A DNA stretch of 64,000 nucleotides, from NCBI GenBank assembly GCA_009914755.4, contig CP068257.2, forward strand, positions 8,352,001-8,416,000, written 5' to 3'. Below the pieces are notes generated by a model. It ran no database searches, had not been told where the DNA came from, and saw nothing but the letters and a program-made list of their open reading frames with translations. This document shows, piece by piece, positions 55,025 through 64,000 of this stretch; within the stretch, counting starts at the first letter, position 1; every line of letters starts with the position of its first letter. The translations under genes were made by a program, and so were the position numbers. The stretch comes from the human T2T-CHM13v2.0 reference genome, Homo sapiens.

Positions 55025-56770
55025 AATGGAATGGAATGGAGTGGAATGAAATGGAAAGGAGTGGAGAGGAATAGAATAGAGTGGAATGGTGTGGAGTGTA
55101 GTGGAATGGTGTGGAGTGTAGTGGAATGGAGTGGAGTGGAGTGGCATGGAATGGAATGGAATGAAGTGGAAAGGAGTGAAATGGAGTGGAATGGAACAGA
55201 ATGGAACGGAACACAACAGAACAGAGTGGAACAGAGTAGAGTGGAGTGCAGTGGATTTGTTTGGAGTGCATCGAAGTGCAAGGAATGGAATGCAATGCAA
55301 TGGAATGGAGTGGAGTGGAATAGAGTGGAGTGGAATGGAGTGGAATAGAGTGGAGTGGAATGGAGTGGAGTGGAATGGAATGGTGTGGAATGGAACAGAA
55401 CAGAACAGAGAACAATGAAAAGAAATGGAACGAAGCAGAGTAGAGTGGAGTGTAGAGGAGTGGAACGGAGTGGCGTGGAGTGGAGTGGAGTGGAGTGGAT
55501 TGGACTGGAATAGAATGGAATGCAACGGAATGGAAAGGAATTGAAAGTAATTGAATGGAACAGAACGGAATGGAGTGGAGTGGACAGGAGTGGAGTGGAG
55601 TTAAGTTGAGTGGATCAGAGTGTAATGGAATGGAGTGGCATGGAATGGAATGGAGTGGGGTGAAGTGGAGTGGAATGGAATGGAATGGAGTCTAGTGGAA
55701 CGGAAAGTAAAGGAATGGAATGGAATGGAGTCTGGTGGAATGGAAAGTAAAGGAATGGGATGGAATGGAACGGAATAGAATTGCAGGAAATAGAACGGAG
55801 TGGAGTGGAGTGGAGTTGAGTGGATTGGATGGGAGTGCAGTGGAATGGAATGGAATGTAGTGGAATGGAAAGGAATGCAATGGAATGCAATGGAATGGAA
55901 GGGAGTGGAGTGGATTGGAATGGAATGGAGTTTAGAGGAGTGGAGTGGAGTGGATTGGAGTGGAGTGGAATGGAATGGAGTGGAGAGGAGTGTAGTGGAA
56001 TGGAGTGGAATGGAATGGTAAGGAATGGAATGGAGCAGAGTGGAGTGGAATGGAATGGAGTGGCATGGAATGGAGTGGAGTTGACTGGAATGCAGTAGAG
56101 AGGAGTGTAGTGGAGTGGAGTTGAGTGGAGTAGAGTGTAATGGAGTAAAATGGATTATAGTGGAATGGAATGGAGTGGAATGGAATGGAACAGAAAGGAA
56201 TGGAATGGATTGGAACAGAATGGAGTGGAGTGGAGTGGAATGGAATGGAGTGGCATGGAATGGAGTGGAGTTGACTGGAATGCAGTAGAGAGGAGTGTAG
56301 TGGAGTGGAGTTGAGTGGAGTGGAGTGGAGTGTAATGGAGTAAAATGGATTATAGCGGAATGGAATGGAGTGGAATGGAATGGAACAGAAAGGAATGGAA
56401 TGGATTGGAACAGAATGGAGTGGAGTGGAGTGGAGTAGAGTTGAGTGGAGAGAAGAGGAGTGCAGTGGAATGGAATGAAATTTAGTGGAATGGAGTGGAG
56501 TGGAATGGAGTGGAATGGAGTGGAATGGAATGGAGTGGAGTGGAATTGAATGGAATGGAATGGAACTGAATGCAATGGAATGGAATGCAATGGAATGGAA
56601 AGGAACGAAATGGAGTGGAGTGGGGTGGAGCAGAGTAGACTTGAGTGGATCGAAGTGCAGTAGAATGGAATGGAATGGAATGGAGTTGAGTGGAATGGAA
56701 TGGAATGTATTGGAATGCAGTGGAGTGGATTGGAGTGGAAGGGAACGGAATGGATTGGAATGAATGGAAT

Positions 56771-57168
<398 letters not shown>

Positions 57169-60100
57169 GAATGGAATGGAAAGGAGTGGAATGGGATGGA
57201 ATGGAGTGGAATGCAGTGGAGTGGAGTGGAATGGAGAGGAGTGGAATGGAGAGGGGTGGAATGGAAAGGAGCAGAACAGAATGGAATAGAATGGAGTGGA
57301 ATGGAATGGAATGGAGTGGAAAGGTACTGAGTGGAGTGGAGTGGAGAGAATTGGAGTTGAATGGAGTGGAATGGAGTGAAATTGATTGGAGTGGAATGGA
57401 GTGTAGTGGAATGGAATGGAGTGGAATGGAACGGAACAGAACAGAATGTGACGGAACAGAATGGAACAGAGTGAAGTGGAGTGGAGTGGTGTGGAATGGA
57501 GTGCAATGAAGTTGAATGGAAAGGAGTGGCATGGAATGGAATGGAATGGAACCGACTGGAATGGAATGGAGTGGAATGGAATGGAATGGAATGGAAAGGA
57601 ACAGAGTGGAGAGGAGTGGAGTGGAATTGAGTGGAGTGGATCACAGTGCAGTGGAATGGAATGGAATGGAATGGAATGGAATGGAATGGAATGGAAAGGA
57701 ATTGAATTGAGTGGTGTGGCATGGAATGGAATGAAAAGGAGTGGAGTGGAGTAGAGCGGAGTTGAGTGGAGTGGATCGGAGTGCAGTGAAATGGAATGGA
57801 ATGGAACCGAGTTGGTTGGAATGAAATAGAATGTAATGGAATGGAGAGGACTGGACTGGAGTGGAATGAAGCGGAGTGGAATGGAATGGAATGTAATAGA
57901 ATGGAATGGAGTGGAGTGGAATGGAGTGGTGTGGAGTGGAATCGAGTGGAATGGAATGGAAAGGAGTGGAGTAGAATGGAATGGAATGGAATGGAATGGA
58001 ATGGAGTGGAATGGAATGGAATGGAGTTAAATGGAATGGAGTGGAGAGAAGTGGAGTGGAGAGGAGTGGAATGGAGTAGAGTGGAGTGGAATGGAATGGG
58101 GTGGGGTGGAATGAAGTGGAGTGGAATGGAATGGAATGTAGGAGAGAAATGGAATGGAGTGGAGTGGAGTAGAATGGAATGGAGAGGAATTGAGTGGAAT
58201 GGAGTGAAATGGAATGGAGTGGAGTGGAATGGAATGCAGTGGAAAGGACTGGAATAGAACAGAATGGAATGGAACGGAATGGAATGGATTGGAGTGGAGT
58301 GGAGTGGAGTGGATTGGAGTGGAATGGAGAAGAAATGAATGGAGTGGAGTGGAATGGAATGGAATGGAACAGAAAGAAATGGAATGAAATGGAACGGCAT
58401 GGAATGGAATGGAACAGAATGGAGTGGAGTGGAATGGAGTGGAGTTGAGTGCAGTGGATAGGAGTGCAGTGGAATGGAACGGAATGGAATGGAATGCAAT
58501 GGAATGGAATGTAGTGGAGTGGAGTGGAATGGAATAGAATGGAATGGAATGGAGTGGACTGGAGTGGAGTGGATTGGAGTGGAGTGGATGGTGTGGAATG
58601 GAATGGAATTTATTGGAATGGAATGGAATGGAATGGAGTGGAGTGGAATAGAATGTAACGGAATGGAATGGAATAGAAAGGAATGGAATGGAATGGAATG
58701 GAATGGAATGGAATGGAATGGAAAGGAATGGAATGTTGTGGAGTGGAACGGAATGGAGTGGAGTGGAATGGAATGCACTGGAGTGGATTGGATTGGAATG
58801 GAATGGAGTGGAAAGGAATGGAATGGAATGGACAGGAATGGAGTGGAATGTAATGGAATGCAATGCAATGGAATGGAGTGGAATGTAATGGAATGCAATG
58901 GAATGGAATGGAATGGAATGGAATGGAATGGAATGGAATGGAATTGAGTGGAGTGGAGTTGTCTTGAGTGCAGTAGATCAGAGTGCATTGGAATGGAATG
59001 GAATGGAATCAAATGGAATGGAATGGAAGGGAGTGGAGCGGAATGGAATGGAATGGAATGGAGTACAGTGTAGTGTAGTGTAGTGTAGTGGAATGGAATG
59101 AAATGCAGTGGAGTACAGTAGATTGTAGTGGAGTGGAGTGGAATGCAATGGAATGCAGTGGAATGGAATGGAATGGAGTGGAATGAAATGGAAAGGAGTT
59201 TAATGGATTGGCATGGAATGGTGTGGAATGGAATGGAATGGAGTGGTATGCAACGGAATGGAATGGTATTGGGGTGGAGTGGAGTGGATTGAAATTGAGT
59301 GTAGTGGATCGGAGTGCAGTGGAATGGAATGGAATGGAATGGAATGCAATGAAATGGAATGGAATGGAACGGAATGCAACGGAGTGGAGTGAAGTGGAGT
59401 GGAGTTGATGGCAGTGGATCAGAGTGCAGTGGAATGGATTGGAACGGAATGGAATGGAATGGAGTGGAGTGGAATGGAATGGAATGAAGTGGAATGCAAT
59501 GGAGTCGAGTGGAATGGAGTGGAGTGGAGTGAAATGGATGAAATGGAGTGGAGTGGCGTGGAGTGGATTGGAATGGAATGGAACCGAATGGAATAGATAG
59601 GAAAGGAATGGAACGGAAAGAAATGGAGTAGAGTGGAGTGCAGTGGAGTGGAGTGGAGTGAAGTGGAGTGGAATCGAGTGGAATGGAGTGGAACAGAGTG
59701 GAGTGGAGTGGAACAGAGTGGAGTGGAGTGGAGTGGAGTGGAGTGGAGTGGAATGGAGTGGAACAGAGTGGAGTGGAATGGAGTGGAATGGAGTTTTGCG
59801 GAGTGGAGTGGAGGGAATGGAGTTGAGTGGAATGGAGTTTAGTGGAAAGGAATGGAATGGAATGGAAGGGAACGCAACTGAGTGGAGTGGAGTGGATTAG
59901 AATTGAGTGAAGTGTATCGGAGTGCAGGGGAATGGAATGGAATGGAATGGAATGGAATGGAATGGAATGGAATGGAGTGGAGTGGAGTGGATTGTAGTGG
60001 AAAGGAATGGAGTGGAGTGGAATGTATTGCAGTGCAGTGGAGTGAAATATAATGGAATCTAGTGGCATGGAATAGAATGGAGTGGAATGAAATGGAATGG

Positions 60101-60188
60101 GGTGGAATGGAATGGAATGGAGTGGTGTGGAATGGAATGGAATGGAGGGGAATGGAATATAATGGAATGGAATGAAATGAAAGGGAAT

Positions 60189-60266
60189 GGTGAAATGATA
60201 TTTGAGCTAAGATCGTGCAACTGCACTGAAGTCTGGGTGACAGAGAGAGAGCCAGTCGAAATAAAG
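60189..60266 (+). repeat. Alu 3'-tail relic in HSat3 (copy 9)
   Basis: ggtgaaatgatatttgagctaagatcgtgcaactgcactgaagtctgggtgacagagagagagccagtcgaaataaagg. Confidence 0.85.
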
Positions 60267-60834
60267 GAGTGGAATGAAATGGAGTCGAATGGAATGGAAT
60301 GGAGTGCAGTGTTATGGAATGGAGTGCAATGGATTGGAGTGGAGTGGAACAGAGTGCAGTGTAGTGGAGTTGACTGGAGTGGATCAGAGTGCAGTGGAAT
60401 GGAATGGAATGCAATGGGCAGGAAAGGAGTGTAGTGTAATAGAGTGGAATGGAGTGAACAGGTGTGGAGTGGAATGGAGTGGAGTGGAATGGAATGGTGT
60501 GGAATGGAAAGGAACAGAATGGAAAGGAACGGAATAGAATGGAATGGAGTGGAGTGAAGTGGAATGAAGAGGGGTGGATTGGAATAGAATGGACCCGTGT
60601 GTAGTGGAGTGGAGTGGATTGGAGTGGAATGTGGGGGAAGGGAATGGAGTGGAGTGGAATGGAATGTAATGGAACGGAATGTAATGGAACGGAATGGAAC
60701 AGAATGGAACGGAATGGAACGGAATGAACAGAATAGAATGGAATGGAACATAGTGGAGTGGATTGGAGTGGCGTAGAGTTGAGTGCAGTGTATTGCAGTG
60801 CAGTGGAATGGAATAGAATGGAATGGAATGGAAT

Positions 60835-60914
60835 GGTGAAATGATATGTGAGCTAAGATTGTGCAACTGCACTCCAATCTGGGTGACAGAGAGAGTCCCA
60901 ATCCAAATAAAGGA
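60835..60914 (+). repeat. Alu 3'-tail relic in HSat3 (copy 10)
   Basis: ggtgaaatgatatgtgagctaagattgtgcaactgcactccaatctgggtgacagagagagtcccaatccaaataaagg. Copies 9 and 10 share private variants (gtgcaactgc, gacagagagag), and the ~645 bp after each is also duplicated, so this is a 645-bp local repeat unit. Confidence 0.85.
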
Positions 60915-61771
60915 GTGAAATGGAATGGAGTCGAATGGAATGGAATGGAGTGCAGTGGTATGGAATGATGTGCAATGGAGTGGAGTGGAACAGACTGTAG
61001 AGGAGTGGAGTTGACAGGAGTGGATCAGAGTGCAGTGGAATGGAATGGAATGCAATGCACAGGAATGGAGTGGAGTGGAATGGAGTGGAATGTAGTGAAC
61101 AGGAGTGGAGTGGAATGGAGTGAAATGGAAAGCAATGGTGTGGAGTGGCACGGAACGGAATGGAATGGAACTGAATGGAACAGAATGGAGTCGAGTGAAG
61201 TGGAGTAGAGTGGAATGGAATGGACTGGTGTGTAGCAGAGAGGAGTGGATTGGAGTGGAATGGAGGGGAAGGTAATGGAGTTGAGTATAATGGAATGGAA
61301 TGGAATGGAATGGAATGGAATAGAATGGAATGGAATGTAGTGGAGTGGATTGAAGTGGAGTGGAGTGGAGTTGAGCGGAGTGGAGTAGAGTGGAATGGAT
61401 TGGAGTGCAACAGAGTGGAGTGGAACGAAGTGGAATGGTTTGGAATGGAAGTTAGTGGCATGGAATGGAAAGGAGTGGATTGGAGTGGAGTGGAATGGGG
61501 TAGAATGGAGTGAAATGGAGTGGAGTGAAATGGAGTCGAATGGAATGGAGTGGAATGGCATGCAACAGAATGGAAAGGAAAGTAATGGAGAGGAGTGGAG
61601 TGAAGTGGAGTGGAGTTGAGTGGAGTGGATCAGAGTGTACTGGAATGGAATGGAATGGAATGGAGTGAAGTTGAATGGAACAGAGTGAAGTGGAGGGGAG
61701 TGGAGTGTATTGTAGTGGAGTGGAATGGAGTAGGGTGGAGTGGAGTGGAGTGGAATGGAATGGAATGGAAT

Positions 61772-61850
61772 AGTGAAATGAAATGTGAGCTAAGATTCTG
61801 CAACTGCACTACAGTCTGGGTGACAAAGTTAGATCCAGTCAAAATAAAGG
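61772..61850 (+). repeat. Alu 3'-tail relic in HSat3 (copy 11)
   Basis: agtgaaatgaaatgtgagctaagattctgcaactgcactacagtctgggtgacaaagttagatccagtcaaaataaagg. Confidence 0.85.
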
Positions 61851-63282
61851 AATGGAAAGGTATGGAGTAAAATGAAATGGAATGGGTTGGAGTGAAATGG
61901 AATGGAGTGGAATGGAGTGGAGTGGAGTGGAATGGAGTGAAATGGAGTGGAGTGGAGTTTAATGGAATGGAATGCAGTGGAAAGGGAGGGAATGGAGTGG
62001 AGTGGAATGGAGTGAAATGGAGTGGAGTGGAGTTTAATGGAATGGAATGCAGTGGAAAGGGAGGGAATGGAGTGGAGTGGAATGCAGTGGATTGCAATGG
62101 AATGGAGTGGAATGTAGTGAAATGGAGTGGAGTGGAATGGAGTGGAGTGGAATTGAATGGATTGGAATGGAATGGAACAGAATGGAAGAGAATGGAAAGG
62201 AGTGGGGTGGAGTGGAGTGGAGTTCATTGGAGTGGATCGGAGTACACTTGAATTGAATGGAATGAAATGGACTGGAATGGAGTGTAGTGAGTGGAGAGGA
62301 GTTTGGTGGAATTGAGTGGAATTGACTGGAGTTGTGAGGAGTTGTGTGGAGTGGAGTGGAATGGAGTGGAATGGAAGGGAGTGGAGTGGAATGAAGTGGA
62401 ATGGAAGGGAGTGGAGTGGAATGGAATGGAATGGAACGGTATGGAATTGAATGGAACAGAATGGAGTGGAATGGAATGGAATGGAGTGGAGTGGAATTGA
62501 GAGGAGTGGGTCACAGTGCAGTGGAATGGAATGGAATTTGATGGATTGGAATGGAATGTAGTGGAGAGGAATGGAATGGAATAGAATGGAGTGGAGTGGA
62601 ATGAAATGGAGTGGAGTGGAGTGTAGGGGAGTGGAACGGAGTGGTGTGGAATGGAGTGGAATGGAGGGGAATGAAATGGAATGGAATGGAGTGGACTGGA
62701 AGGGAATGGATTGGAATGGAATGAAGTAAAGTGTATCGGAGAGGAGTCGAGTAAAATGGAGTGGAATGTAGGGAAATGGAGTGGAGTGATATGGAGGGGA
62801 GAGGAATGGAATGGAGTGGAATGGAATGAAACAGAATGGAACGGAATGGAACGGAGTGGAGTGGAGTGGAATGGAGGGGAGTTCAGTGGAGTGAAACCGA
62901 GTGCAGTGGAATGGAATGGAATGGAAAGGAATGGAGTGGAGTGAAGTAGAGTGCAGTGGAGTGGTGCGGAGTTGAGTGGAATGGTGTGAAGTGGAATGGA
63001 GTGGAGTAGAGTGGAATGAAATGGAATGTAACGGAATGGAATGGAATGAAATGAAATGGAATGGAAAAGAAAGGAACGGAGTGGAGTGGAGTGGAGAGGA
63101 GTAGAGTGGAGTGGATCGGAGTGCAGTGGAATTGAATGGAATGCAACTGGATGGAAAGGAATGGGGTGGAGTGGATTGGAATGGAAGGGAGTAGAGTGGA
63201 ATAGAGTGGAATGGAGTGAAGTGGAATGGAAAGGAGTGGAGTAGAATGGAATGCAGTGGAATGGAATGGAATGGAAGAGAAT

Positions 63283-63362
63283 GGTGAAATGAAATGTGAG
63301 CTAAAATTGTGCCACTGCACTCCTTTCTGGATGACAGAGTGAGATTCATTTGAAATAAAGGA
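63283..63362 (+). repeat. Alu 3'-tail relic in HSat3 (copy 12)
   Basis: ggtgaaatgaaatgtgagctaaaattgtgccactgcactcctttctggatgacagagtgagattcatttgaaataaagg. Confidence 0.85.
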
Positions 63363-64000
63363 CTGGAATGCAATGGAGTAGAATGGGAAGGAAAGGAGTG
63401 GAGTGGAATGGCATGGAGTGGAATGAAGTGGAGTGGAGTGGAATGGAGTGGAGTGGAATGGAGAGGAGTGGAATGGAGAGCAATGGAGTGGAATGGAATG
63501 GAATGGAGTGGAATGGAATGGAATGGAATGGAGTGGAATGGAATGGAATGGAATGGAATGGAATGGAATGGAGTGGAATGGAATGGAATGGAATGGAATG
63601 GAATGGAATGGAATGGAGTGGAATGGAATGGAGTGGAGTGGAATGGAATGGAATGGAATGGAATGGAATGGAATGGAATGGAGTGGAATGGAATGGAGTG
63701 GAATGGAGTGGAGTGGAGATGAGTGGAGTAGAATGGAGTGGAGTGGAATGGAGGGGTATGGAGAGCAATGGAATGGAATGTAATGGAGTGAAATGGAACG
63801 GAATGGAGTGGAATGAAATTGAGTGGAGAGGAGTGGAGTGGAGTGGAGTGAAGTGGATTGGAGTGGAGTGGAATGGAATGGACTGTAATGGAATGGAGAG
63901 GATTGGAATGAAATAGAACGGAATGGAATGGAATGTAACGGAATGGAAAGAAACAGAACGGAAGTGAGTGGAGTGGACTGGAATGCAGTGGAGTTGAGTG

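Larger units (their letters stand above)
60189..61480 (+). repeat. Local ~645-bp higher-order unit of HSat3 present as two tandem copies (60189-60834 and 60835-~61480)
   Basis: After each Alu-relic copy the following sequence is shared: ...aaataaaggagtg(g/a)aatg(a)aatggagtcgaatggaatggaatggagtgcagtg(t/g)tatggaatg...ggagttgac(t/a)ggagtggatcagagtgcagtggaatggaatggaatgcaatg... Confidence 0.7.

Overview
This window reads as human or great-ape pericentromeric satellite DNA with no cellular protein-coding genes. I do not see an undescribed functional system here; the interesting content is structural.

- **Alpha satellite (1-44105):** ~171-bp monomers. Every monomer I checked carries the pJalpha motif TTCCTTTTYCACCRTAG and not a CENP-B box, so this is A-type, monomeric or divergent-HOR alpha satellite rather than an active centromeric HOR array. 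It forms two blocks of opposite polarity, with a strand switch at 26243/26244.
- **L1 fragments:** four fragments interrupt the alpha satellite. One (28457-30033) has the classic twin-priming 5' inversion plus a ~30-bp target-site duplication.
- **HSat3-like satellite (44106-64000):** a GGAAT/GGAGT pentamer satellite, G-rich on the + strand. It contains 12 CpG-decayed copies of an ancient Alu 3'-tail relic, all with the same truncation points and orientation, so the relic was co-amplified with the array.
- **Young AluY:** a complete AluY with a 25-nt poly(A) and a 17-bp TSD sits exactly inside one of those relics.
- **Local structure:** there are ~99%-identical tandem duplications (a dimer at 3381-4062 and a trimer at 30497-31528), irregular divergent higher-order periodicities of ~13 and ~5 monomers, and a ~645-bp duplicated unit in the HSat3 at 60189-61480.

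Every ORF in the supplied track is either a translation of pentameric or 171-bp repeats or a degraded L1 ORF2 remnant.
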